Assembly (NCBI GenBank): GCA_030650095.1
Contig: JAUSEE010000062.1
Span: forward strand, 1 to 62,160
DNA from: Candidatus Buchananbacteria bacterium
GTDB taxonomy: Bacteria > Patescibacteriota > Patescibacteriia > 2-01-FULL-39-33
Length of the DNA: 62,160 nucleotides
Direction of reading: 5' to 3'
Shown here: piece after piece, positions 28,301 through 36,207 of the stretch
Position numbering within the stretch: the stretch's first letter is position 1
Layout of the letters: every line of letters starts with the position of its first letter
Program-made: the position numbers and the translations under genes
The notes under the pieces: model-generated
The model's database searches: none
What the model was told of the DNA's origin: nothing
The model's input: the letters and a program-made list of their open reading frames with translations, nothing else

Positions 28301-30791
28301 CGCTGCCAGTTAGATCGGTAAAGTATTCACTGTTAACGCCCAGGCCGGTAGTGTAGAAATTAGTGGTCGTGGCGCTGCCATCAATAGTCAAGTTGCCGCC
28401 GTAGTGGCCATTGCCTTGAGTGAAGAGTCCCAGAGTAGAAGAAGCCCAACCTAGAACAGTTAAGTTGCCTGAAGTGGTGGCATTCCTGCCTACATACAAA
28501 TCCCCTGCTCCAATAGTAGAGCCAAGCAGTCCAAAGACATCAGTGGTGCCAATATTGAGCCAGTTAGAAGTGGTAGCATTGCCATCAATACTTAAATTGC
28601 CCCCATAGTGGCCACTACCTTGGGTAAAGAGTCCCAGAGTGGTGGAAGCGAAACCCAGACCATATAAATGTTCCGTTGTAGTCGCGCTACCATCAATTCT
28701 TAGACCGCCTTGGAATAAAGCAGATGTGGTAGCAGTAGAAACAACATGCAGAGTATAAGCCGGGCTATCCGTTCCGATGCCAACTCTGCCGCCGCTTGTC
28801 GGTTGCAAAAGAATTTTTCCAACTTCAACTGATCCAGCTCCACCCTCTAACACAACATTGCCCCCGGTGCCCGTAACCAGAGAGCCCTGTCCGCCGGCTC
28901 CACCGGTAATCGTTATAGCTCCGCCAGTACCGCCAAATCCGCCACCGCCAGTGCCATCGCCACCTAAGCCACCAGTGAGATTGATCGCACCGCCAATATT
29001 GCCAGTAAGCGCAGTTCCTCCTTTTCCTCCTGTTACAGTTAAGACTGATAAAGCGTCTGCTCCAGCACCGGCATTTGAACCCACAACATGCAACTTGGCC
29101 GCCGGAGTCGTTGTTCCAACTCCAACACTGTCAGTATCAGCCTGAACCACTAGAGTACTGGTGTCTACGGTTAGATTGCCACTAGTTGTAGCATTTCGTC
29201 CCACATACAAATCGCCAGCGCCAATAGTAGAGCCAAAGGTGGCAATGACATCAGTGGTACCAATATTGAGCCAGTTAGAAGTGGTAGCATTGCCATCAAT
29301 ACTTAAATTGCCCCCGTAGTGGCCACTACCTTGGGTAAAGAGTCCCAGAGTGGTGGAAGCATAACCTCCAAAAATACCATTATTTTGTACGTTCAAGTTT
29401 CCTGCGGAAAATAATGCGTCAGTCGGAGCTGTGCCAATAGTCAAATACCCCGTTGAAGTGGTGTTACCGTTTAAAACAGTATCGCCTTGGACATTTAAAG
29501 TGGTGGTGCTGTTGGTGATAGCTCCGCCTAAGGCTATCATGCCTAAGATATACATGTTTTGAGTTGTGGTGGCATTGCCCTGGACATAAAGCTTGGTAGT
29601 AGAGGCTGTGCCATCGTTGGTAATGGTGAAGTATCTGGTGCCGGCAAAGTAAGCGGAGTTGTCAATGACTTCCAAGTAGTTACCAGTGCCATTTTGGGAG
29701 ATAGTGAGGGCGGTTGAAGAAGTGACGCTTAAGTTCTTGTTGGACTCAATCCAGACGCTGCCTTTCATATGCGTCCAATCAGAATTGGCCATATCGCCTA
29801 GATAAGAATTGTTTTCTACAGTTAAAGTAGAGATAGTGGAAACACCTACGCTTTGGGTGCCAGAGAGAGTGAGGTTGTTGGCAAAGACATCCCCTTCGGC
29901 ATCAACTAAGAATTTAACACTGTCAGCTACAGCTAATCCTAAAAGATTAGAATCCCCCACAGCTGAAGCTGGGTTGATGTAGATAGAAGCGTTGTCGGCG
30001 TTAGCATTAGTTGTGCCCGGAGACCAAGAGCCGAAGGAATGAGGCAGGGTGGGTGAATTGGTGGAAATGGTAATGCCGTTGATGTAGAGGTTGCCGTCTA
30101 TTTCCGCGTCATTAGCTACGTAGAGTTCGCCGGAGGAGAAATTCAAATGATTAACCGTGCCTGCTCCTACCATCAAATAGCTGGTAGTAGTAGCTTGGGT
30201 GATGCTTAATCCTTTGCTGCTATCCAAAGCTAGAATCTGTCCGGCGGTGGCGGTGGTGGTGGCATGCAAGCCGTCAACCGTATCGGAGTTGAAAGCGTAA
30301 GGCGAAGAAGTGATTCTTTTTCGAGGCGTGAAAGTTTCTTCAAAACCACCATCGCTATTGGCATCAAATTTAACAGAGAGGAAAAGAGAATTAGAATTGA
30401 AATCGACAGTAGAAAGCGAAGTGGAAGTGCCCAGGTTAACCGAGAAGATGCCCCGAGTTATGCTCACAGCGCCGGGAGTGGTAGTGGCGGTCCAAGTTTC
30501 TTCCCAAAGCAGGGTGCCTGAGGTGACATCATCATAGAGTTGGAATTGAAAGCCGTAACTGCCGGTGGTGACCGAGAGACCGGAAGAGTTGGCTATTTTG
30601 CCTTGATAAGTTATTTGTTGGTTGATGCCTAGGGCGGCTTGGGTAGTAGAAACTGCAGACAAATCAAAGACTATCCAAGCCGCTGCTAAAATCGGCACGA
30701 CAAGCAAAATTAAAACCAGCACAAGATTAGTAGAGAAAAATCTATTTTTCAATTTCATGAGGTGGCTGAATTGTTTTAAAAATTTAATCAT
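25344..30791 (-). CDS. Giant repetitive surface protein, 1815 aa (N-terminal TM/signal anchor, Gly/Thr/Asn-rich repeats, tail-fibre chaperone-like domain, Cys-bracketed module, Pro-rich tail)
   Basis: Single uninterrupted ORF. Repeated blocks such as GYASTTLGLFTQGSGHYGGNLSIDGNATTSNWLNIGTTDV..GAGDLYVGRNATTSGNLTV. C-terminal PEPEPTPAPEPEP tail. Confidence 0.85.
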   Translation of the reverse strand: MIKFLKQFSHLMKLKNRFFSTNLVLVLILLVVPILAAAWIVFDLSAVSTTQAALGINQQITYQGKIANSSGLSVTTGSYGFQFQLYDDVTSGTLLWEETWTATTTPGAVSITRGIFSVNLGTSTSLSTVDFNSNSLFLSVKFDANSDGGFEETFTPRKRITSSPYAFNSDTVDGLHATTTATAGQILALDSSKGLSITQATTTSYLMVGAGTVNHLNFSSGELYVANDAEIDGNLYINGITISTNSPTLPHSFGSWSPGTTNANADNASIYINPASAVGDSNLLGLAVADSVKFLVDAEGDVFANNLTLSGTQSVGVSTISTLTVENNSYLGDMANSDWTHMKGSVWIESNKNLSVTSSTALTISQNGTGNYLEVIDNSAYFAGTRYFTITNDGTASTTKLYVQGNATTTQNMYILGMIALGGAITNSTTTLNVQGDTVLNGNTTSTGYLTIGTAPTDALFSAGNLNVQNNGIFGGYASTTLGLFTQGSGHYGGNLSIDGNATTSNWLNIGTTDVIATFGSTIGAGDLYVGRNATTSGNLTVDTSTLVVQADTDSVGVGTTTPAAKLHVVGSNAGAGADALSVLTVTGGKGGTALTGNIGGAINLTGGLGGDGTGGGGFGGTGGAITITGGAGGQGSLVTGTGGNVVLEGGAGSVEVGKILLQPTSGGRVGIGTDSPAYTLHVVSTATTSALFQGGLRIDGSATTTEHLYGLGFASTTLGLFTQGSGHYGGNLSIDGNATTSNWLNIGTTDVFGLLGSTIGAGDLYVGRNATTSGNLTVLGWASSTLGLFTQGNGHYGGNLTIDGSATTTNFYTTGLGVNSEYFTDLTGSGLAISGGALTVANIGASGAWYAFDATALSPTSTRGILVNTASSTITNLVVNTATTSNWLNIGTTDVISTFGANIGAGDLYVGRNATTTNFMYVGEDLFIGQTSNSDDDKIYFDAGGESFGWNNAGALGVSQGNFTLSDDLNMSGMLDVNGLTNTGNATSTGYLTIGTAPTDALFSAGNLNIQNNGIFGGYASTTLGLFTQSSGHYGGSLSVDGNATSSGWLNIGTTDVISTFGSTIGAGDLYVGRNATTSGNLTVLGWASTTLGLFTQGSGHYGGNLTIDGSATTTNFYTTGLGVNSEYFTDLTGLGLTISGGALTVTGGQSGAWYAFDATALSPTSTRGILVNTASSTITNLVVNTATTSNWLNIGTTDVISTFGSTIGAGDLYVGRNATTSGNLTVGGWASSTSGLFTKGNGHYGGTLSVDGTFTMATPFTLGGVSVLPTGTELNYVDGVTSAIQTQLNAKQATGNYITALTGDVTASGPGSVVATIALNSVALGTDTTNNYAAGDAEAGAALTGDSATSFFSTGEIADAQVSDTLTASNLVAGSSVVSNAEVDDTITVSGGTLSSNTVNGTWTTNSTLTIGDGGDIVNINSSSWDVTSGAVSGVTTLNTSGVVGFGLASQTGYGISIGTTGTTWPIWDDSSARLTTAGVWTDAPSYSWYKDNWTQPVGYLEKLRAMPLYEWQYKNEVVDGANRYADDQRRHISPFVDYINQYFDIGEDQGINSMDWIGITMAAVKELDAQVGLLAVNNNYQTQDELVVREAATFYGTITVLGEANFAVKVSFQNDIDVKGKIYVNKDQAGGITIPAFATSTEIIFATEYLGTPRIVVTPLDNLESKNYWISDKTAKGFRLNMSPTINKDISFDWLSLAVQGTIENTPTPQVAGDSAVMGCTDPSANNYNLSATENDGSCTYNPVVSNPEPNSNPASEPEPNPTPEPEPTPAPEPEPAPEPDPAPAPEPIPTPEPDPAPAPAPEPAPVTEPVI

Positions 30792-30793
30792 TT

Positions 30794-31009
30794 TTAATTA
30801 TTTCTAGTCACTAAAATTATCTCGTTATTAGATAGTGGCCTTGTTCCGGCTTGGGACGTCCTGGTCAATTCCAGATCTCTTAAATTATAAGCCACCCAAG
30901 CCGTCACAAATGTTAGCGGCACGACAAGCACTAATAAGCCCAGCATTATCTTCTTGAAGATGCTATTTCTGGATCTGGGCTCGAATTTTTCTATGGTTAA
31001 AAAATTCAT
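30794..31009 (-). CDS. Small membrane protein (71 aa) similar to the N-terminal anchor of the giant protein
   Basis: LLVLVVPLTFVTAWVAYNL compared with LILLVVPILAAAWIVFDL in the giant protein. The gene is 2 nt upstream of the giant ORF. Confidence 0.55.
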   Translation of the reverse strand: MNFLTIEKFEPRSRNSIFKKIMLGLLVLVVPLTFVTAWVAYNLRDLELTRTSQAGTRPLSNNEIILVTRNN

Positions 31010-31027
31010 AATAAAATAAAAACTTGG

Positions 31028-31222
31028 TTATCTTTTCTTACGTCCGGAACTCGTCATGTTGCGGCGCAGAAATTTAATCAAGTCGTTTTCAAACACCCTA
31101 TAAGTCTTATAACCTATTCTGGCGGCAGGAAGCTGGCCATCATTAACCCAACGGTAAACCGTTTTCAGGCTAACGTGCATTAATTTTGCCACTTCTCCGA
31201 TTGTTAAAATCCCTTGGGGCAT
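31028..31222 (-). CDS. Excisionase/MerR-type helix-turn-helix DNA-binding protein (64 aa)
   Basis: LTIGEVAKLMHVSLKTVYRWVNDGQLPAARIG matches the excisionase-family HTH pattern. Confidence 0.75.
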   Translation of the reverse strand: MPQGILTIGEVAKLMHVSLKTVYRWVNDGQLPAARIGYKTYRVFENDLIKFLRRNMTSSGRKKR

Positions 31223-31304
31223 TTTTATTTTTTATTTAAATTAAGATAAATAACCAAAATATATAATTATTTATTTTTTGGTTCCTTGGCCTAATTCTTA
31301 TGTT

Positions 31305-31334
31305 ATTATAATTAATAATGTACTGAATTGTCAA
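31305..31334 (-). promoter_or_regulatory. Sigma70 promoter of the HTH / small TM / giant-protein operon
   Basis: Minus strand: TTGACA (31334-31329), 18-nt spacer, TATAAT (31310-31305). Confidence 0.6.
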
Positions 31335-31340
31335 TTATAA

Positions 31341-31460
31341 GTTATCAACAGTTGTTAATTTAACTAAATATAACCTAATCATTCCTTATTGTTAATTATT
31401 ATTATTATTAGTTATCAATTTAACTTATTATAACTCTATTATTCCTTATTATTAATTATT
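31341..31460. repeat. Two degenerate tandem repeats of about 50-60 bp in an AT-rich regulatory region
   Basis: GTTATCAA..TTTAAC..TATAAC..ATTCCTTATTGTTAATTATT (31341-31400) and GTTATCAATTTAAC..TATAACTC..ATTCCTTATTATTAATTATT (31411-31460). Confidence 0.6.
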
Positions 31461-31568
31461 GTTCTTAATTGACAAAATATTTAAGCTCTAAAAAAATTCC
31501 ACTAAATTAGAATGGAGTTGTATAAAAATAGGTTGATTTAGCTAAAAAAACATTATAAATACATCTTT

Positions 31569-31645
31569 GTCATTGCGATCCGCCCAGGGCGGAGAAGCAA
31601 TCTCGTATTTGTTTGTCGTGGGATTGCTTCGTACCTCGCAATGAC
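31569..31645. repeat. REP-like three-way palindrome GTCATTGCGA...TCGCAATGAC
   Basis: 10-bp outer stem enclosing the hairpins ccgccc-a-gggcgg and gaagcaatc...gattgcttc. Lies just beyond the stop of the 926-aa gene. Confidence 0.6.
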
Positions 31646-31653
31646 ATAAAAGT

Positions 31654-34434
31654 TTAACCAAACTTACTCTCTGATTCTTGTTTGTTAATAACAGTTGCTT
31701 CAGTCTGTTCCACAACTGGAGACTCTGGCTTATCCCCTGTTTGGTTTATGGTATTAGTAGTAGAAATCATATCATCTTCAGAAGATGGGGGCGGAGTTTC
31801 AGTAGAATCATCTGGCGGTGATTGATTGCTAACACTTTTTTCGGCTTCTTGTTTTAATTTGTCAGCTATTTCAGCCAGAGGTGATTTTTCTGCGCTGATT
31901 GTTTCCTCCGAAGTTGGATTAATAACCTCCTCTTTCTCTTCTATTTTTATTTCATCAATATTTTCCACTGGCGCATTACTATCTCCTTTAGAAATATTAT
32001 TTTCCAGCTGATTACTTTCTGGCGCGCTAGGTATCGGCTCCAGCTTAATATCTTGGCCAATGACTTCTTCTGATTTTTTATGAGTCAAATCAATATTCTC
32101 GGTCTTAGCTTCGCTATAGCCATCTTTGGCAGCTGAAATGTAATAGATATTATTGCCGGCCAAAAATCCATAGCGACCATGCCTATCGGTAACTTGAGCT
32201 TCAAGCATCTTATTGTATTCGGGCGAATAAATTTTAGCCACTGTGCCGGAAATAGGCTTGCCTGTTTTAGCATCTAGCACAATACCCCACCTATTAACTT
32301 TCTCTCTGGCCACCAACCTTCTAAACAAGAGATACAGTATTATATGAATAACGGCGAAAGAAGCCATAAGTACACTGGGGAAAATAGCAAAAGAAACCAA
32401 GGCGAAAATCGGGCCGGCCAAGCTGATATTTTTTTGGATAATATACCGGAAATTTTTTCTCCTAACTTCTTGATCTGATATTTTGGCATCCGGCGGATCA
32501 ACTGGGATGTTGGCGGTAATAATTCCCTTTTGATCCTTGGTGATTGATATTAGCTCACCATGGTAGATATTGGTGAACTGCCTGTCCTCTGATGAATCTT
32601 TTAAAATATCAGAGGGGAACACCATGCTTTGCTTAACCACTTCCAAAATATAATCGCCTTCCGAAACTAAGAAATTATATCGCCCCTCTCTATCGGTAAC
32701 TCTGGATTTTAATAATCTGCCTGTTGTTTTGTCGTATAATCTGATAACGGCCAAATCAATCGGTTTTTTGGTAATGGAATTGTAAACCACACCCCAGCCT
32801 TTTTTCTTGCGCCTAAAAAACCAAGCCAGCGGTTCGGTAAACAAATATTGCATGTAATTGATAAAGCCCCACCAAGGAATAGCTATAAAAGCGCTGATAG
32901 TGGCTAGGCTGGCTACAAAAGGGGCGGTATATTGGTTTACTTTTTCCACCACTGGATTATCTAATATATCCTTGATAATTTTTAAAATCTGTTCCAATAA
33001 GGTTAGGCCGATATCCTGATTGATGATGTTATTTCTAACATTAAATAATCTGCCATCATATATCTTTTGGCCATTGTCAAAGACAACTAATTTATACCTG
33101 CCGTTTTCCACCATAAAACCGTAAGTCCCATCCGGATTTATCTTGCTTAGCTGTATTATTAATTTATTATTTTCATTATACAGTAAAACCGAGATGCCAA
33201 AAATCCTGGTTTTATCTTCTGGCAATTTGGAAAAGACATGGCCCAGTGGATGAACGGTGATTATTATATTTTTTTCTTGGACTGAATTATCGGCATAGAC
33301 AACCGATAATTTAACATAATTCTTGCCCAGGGTATTAAATCTGTTTAATTGAAGCAAGTATTGATTTGAACTGGTGTCATAGGTAAAAGGCCATGTCTCT
33401 CCGCCGCTAACGGCCGTAATTTGTTTAACCTCTTTGGGAAAATTATTAGGTACTAAAATCAATAATTCATGGCTGATTAAAAGATCAATATTGTCATTTA
33501 GCAAAAACAACTGCAGGCCGTTATTATTGGTAAAAAAATAATAGTTCGGTCCTACCAATCCGCCTGTCGGAACAGTAGGCACAGAATAGACACAGGTGCC
33601 GTTGTTTACGGAAGCGCTGGAATCATAATTTAAAGCTCTGCTGTCGGTACAACCAAAAACCGGATAAGTGCAACTGCCATTGTCTATGGTCGCTTGAGGA
33701 TTGTAGTTTAAAGCCGAGCCATCGGTACAGCCGGGAATATCATTGGGGTCATAAGAACAGGTGCCATTATCCACATTGGCCTGAGGATTATAATTGACAG
33801 CCGTCGGATCGGTACAGCCCGAGACAATGCAAGAGCCATTATCGCTGGTGGCTTGGGGGTTATAATTACCAGCCAAGGGATTAGTACAGCCGGAAATTAG
33901 ACAACTGCCATCATCAATAGTGGCCTGAGGATTATAATTATCAGCCAAGGGATTAGTGCAGCCGGCTAGCTGATAAATACAACTACCATCATCAATAGTG
34001 GCCTGGGAATCATAATTTATAGCTGTCGGATCCATACAACCAGAGTTTATATACTCACAAGAACCGTCATCCTGGTTGGCTGATGGGTTATAATTGACAG
34101 CAATTTGATCGGTGCAGCCTAAAACAACCGGCTGGCAAGAACCATCATCAATAGTGGCGCTAGGATTATAATTGACAGCCGTGGGATCGGTACAGCCATA
34201 GACATCATAGATGCAAGAACCGTCATCAATAGTAGCGCTAGAATTATAATTTAGAGCCAAAGGATCGGTACAACCGTAAACAGGAACTGGAGGTGGAGGT
34301 GGCGGTGGGGGCGGAGGAGGATTACCACCAGAAATTCTAGCATTGATATTTACATCGGCCGCCGACACAAAAGAAACGGCTGAAACCGCTAGAAAAAATA
34401 TTAAGCCAATTATAAGTAATTTCTTAGAGAGCAT
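31654..34434 (-). CDS. Large surface/membrane protein, 926 aa (signal peptide, poly-Pro, 9 tandem Cys-bracketed modules, TM segments, two carboxypeptidase-regulatory-like domains, acidic S/T-rich tail)
   Basis: Nine copies of GCTDPxAxNYNxxAxxDDGSCxY. Two segments match the CarboxypepD_reg pattern (VIRLYDKTTGRLLKSRVTDREGRYNF; AKIYSPEYNKMLEAQVTDRHGRYGF). Confidence 0.8.
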   Translation of the reverse strand: MLSKKLLIIGLIFFLAVSAVSFVSAADVNINARISGGNPPPPPPPPPPPVPVYGCTDPLALNYNSSATIDDGSCIYDVYGCTDPTAVNYNPSATIDDGSCQPVVLGCTDQIAVNYNPSANQDDGSCEYINSGCMDPTAINYDSQATIDDGSCIYQLAGCTNPLADNYNPQATIDDGSCLISGCTNPLAGNYNPQATSDNGSCIVSGCTDPTAVNYNPQANVDNGTCSYDPNDIPGCTDGSALNYNPQATIDNGSCTYPVFGCTDSRALNYDSSASVNNGTCVYSVPTVPTGGLVGPNYYFFTNNNGLQLFLLNDNIDLLISHELLILVPNNFPKEVKQITAVSGGETWPFTYDTSSNQYLLQLNRFNTLGKNYVKLSVVYADNSVQEKNIIITVHPLGHVFSKLPEDKTRIFGISVLLYNENNKLIIQLSKINPDGTYGFMVENGRYKLVVFDNGQKIYDGRLFNVRNNIINQDIGLTLLEQILKIIKDILDNPVVEKVNQYTAPFVASLATISAFIAIPWWGFINYMQYLFTEPLAWFFRRKKKGWGVVYNSITKKPIDLAVIRLYDKTTGRLLKSRVTDREGRYNFLVSEGDYILEVVKQSMVFPSDILKDSSEDRQFTNIYHGELISITKDQKGIITANIPVDPPDAKISDQEVRRKNFRYIIQKNISLAGPIFALVSFAIFPSVLMASFAVIHIILYLLFRRLVAREKVNRWGIVLDAKTGKPISGTVAKIYSPEYNKMLEAQVTDRHGRYGFLAGNNIYYISAAKDGYSEAKTENIDLTHKKSEEVIGQDIKLEPIPSAPESNQLENNISKGDSNAPVENIDEIKIEEKEEVINPTSEETISAEKSPLAEIADKLKQEAEKSVSNQSPPDDSTETPPPSSEDDMISTTNTINQTGDKPESPVVEQTEATVINKQESESKFG

Positions 34435-35371
34435 TACGATGCTTATTTTTTCTTTTAAATACTTTAATTAAAGCTGCTACTGCCAGTAAAAATAATACAA
34501 TCAAAGCTAGCGGCAGCCAAGGAATTACCCAAAAATAAATCAGTTCGGAATCTAAACTCTTGCCGTCGCCATAAGTTACAAGAGCTTGAGCGCTGAATCG
34601 TCCAATGGCAAAATGCCTTAACTCCTCGGCTAAATTAGAAAATAAATTTTTATTTTCATCTAAACTCCAAACTGTTTCAAATACTCTAATGGTGCCGGGC
34701 AAAATAGCGCCACTCTGGCCATTAACGGTTAGGGCTTCCACGGTCTGGCCCAGGAGATTTTTAATAATAATCGATCCTTGCGGCCTTTCATGGATGTTGC
34801 CGGAATTTCTTAAACGCAAGAAAAAATCTATAGGCAAACTGCTGTAAAAATTTCTGGTTGTCTTTAAATTAAAATCAATTATCTCTAGATTATTATTTAC
34901 CTCGCCCTTGACCTCCAAGAGCACTAATTCTCCTACCCGGCTGGAAACAAGGGCCTGGTGGCTCTTTGCCGATTGAGGCCCAGAAGATGACTCCCACATG
35001 ACCGCCAGATAATAACCGCCCAGGCCGGCTGTTTTGGGAATATCTATAACCACCGGAACAGAAATACTCTCGCCTGGCCTCAACACCAAGGAATTATTAG
35101 GTAATTTTATCCAATTAACCGACTTGTCAGAAACATCAAAAGGCAAAATCTGCGTTTGACCGTTCTCGCCTTTGGGCTCGAATTTTTCTATTGAGCCGTT
35201 TAAAAAAATATCCTCGCCGGTTTCATTATAAAGCTGCAATTGATATGTCTGTGATTGCCCGGGATCCAGATTAATATCAATTATAGCCGGGGCGATTGTC
35301 AGAGCACTGGCTGAAAAAGGCAAAAAAATAAAAATAAATAATAAGCTTAGTGGAAATAAAAACTTCATCAT
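34424..35371 (-). CDS. Cell-surface protein resembling DUF916/DUF3324 (WxL-locus type), C-terminal TM anchor
   Basis: Signal peptide, LDPGQSQTYQLQLYN and ILPGTIRVFETVW blocks, C-terminal TM plus a KRKNKHR stop-transfer sequence. Overlaps the next gene by 11 nt. Confidence 0.6.
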   Translation of the reverse strand: MMKFLFPLSLLFIFIFLPFSASALTIAPAIIDINLDPGQSQTYQLQLYNETGEDIFLNGSIEKFEPKGENGQTQILPFDVSDKSVNWIKLPNNSLVLRPGESISVPVVIDIPKTAGLGGYYLAVMWESSSGPQSAKSHQALVSSRVGELVLLEVKGEVNNNLEIIDFNLKTTRNFYSSLPIDFFLRLRNSGNIHERPQGSIIIKNLLGQTVEALTVNGQSGAILPGTIRVFETVWSLDENKNLFSNLAEELRHFAIGRFSAQALVTYGDGKSLDSELIYFWVIPWLPLALIVLFLLAVAALIKVFKRKNKHRNAL

Positions 35372-35381
35372 AATAAACTAT

Positions 35382-36092
35382 TTAGAAATTAGCCGTAGCC
35401 GTATAAGTAATGGTGGTAGTGTAAGTGCCATTTTTTTCATCACCGCTGATATTGGCGATGAAATGTATATCGAAAGTGGTCTGGTTAATCTGACTAGTAG
35501 AACTGATAATTTCATCGCCACTATTGAAAGCATAGATATTTTCAGAATTGTAGGGTGAGAGCGAAGAAGCAATTGGAGCCGAACCGCTACTATAAATGGC
35601 ATTAAAGCCAAATTGGCTGGTGCCTATGATGGAGGCGGCGCCCGTTGATCCTATTGGGCTGACCGTATTTATGCCGCTACAAGCCGAGCAGGTTAGAGTA
35701 GCCCCAGCATAGGTTATGCTAACTCCCGTATAAGCATTGGTTTCCACGATTAAAACAAGTGAACCAACGGCCGTGCCATGCTTATCTAGTTGGCCAAATT
35801 CTAATGATGACTGGCTGCTACTAAAGGATAAAACAGTTTGTCCGGTATAGAATTCCTGACTTCTAAAACCAGGCTTGAGGCCACTACTGGTGGAGGAAGA
35901 ATTGTCCAAGCCGAATTCTCCCAGGGTGTCTTGTAAAATATAGTCGTTTGAAGATTGATTTTCGCCGCCACCAACCGAAATGGCATCTTGCCAAATCTGG
36001 TAATTGCTCGAAGTCATGGCCGCTTCCAGAAAATTAGGAAAAACAAAAATAGCCAATAAAAAACAAATTAAAAAATTAACTAATTTTGCCAT
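35382..36092 (-). CDS. Secreted protein, 236 aa, unknown family (Ser/Thr/Gly-rich, beta-rich appearance)
   Basis: Signal peptide MAKLVNFLICFLLAIFVFPNFLEA. First gene of a three-gene operon. Confidence 0.6.
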   Translation of the reverse strand: MAKLVNFLICFLLAIFVFPNFLEAAMTSSNYQIWQDAISVGGGENQSSNDYILQDTLGEFGLDNSSSTSSGLKPGFRSQEFYTGQTVLSFSSSQSSLEFGQLDKHGTAVGSLVLIVETNAYTGVSITYAGATLTCSACSGINTVSPIGSTGAASIIGTSQFGFNAIYSSGSAPIASSLSPYNSENIYAFNSGDEIISSTSQINQTTFDIHFIANISGDEKNGTYTTTITYTATANF

Positions 36093-36160
36093 ACGCCAGG
36101 CTAGAAATATTATTTTAAGATGACTATATTATAACACAAAACAATAATTTCTAAAAAATT

Positions 36161-36183
36161 AAAAAACCCCGCCGGCAGCGGAG
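36161..36183 (-). terminator. Intrinsic terminator after rpoC
   Basis: Minus strand: cuccgc-ugccg-gcgggg followed by U6. A T-run also follows on the plus strand. Confidence 0.65.
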
Positions 36184-36207
36184 TTTTTTAACTGATTTAA
36201 GTGGAGT

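Noticed and set aside
26800-29480. Possible CRISPR-like or tandem DNA repeat array.
   Set aside because: The repeats are in-frame coding repeats of the 1815-aa ORF, with no short identical direct repeats separated by unique spacers. No CRISPR array was found anywhere in the window.
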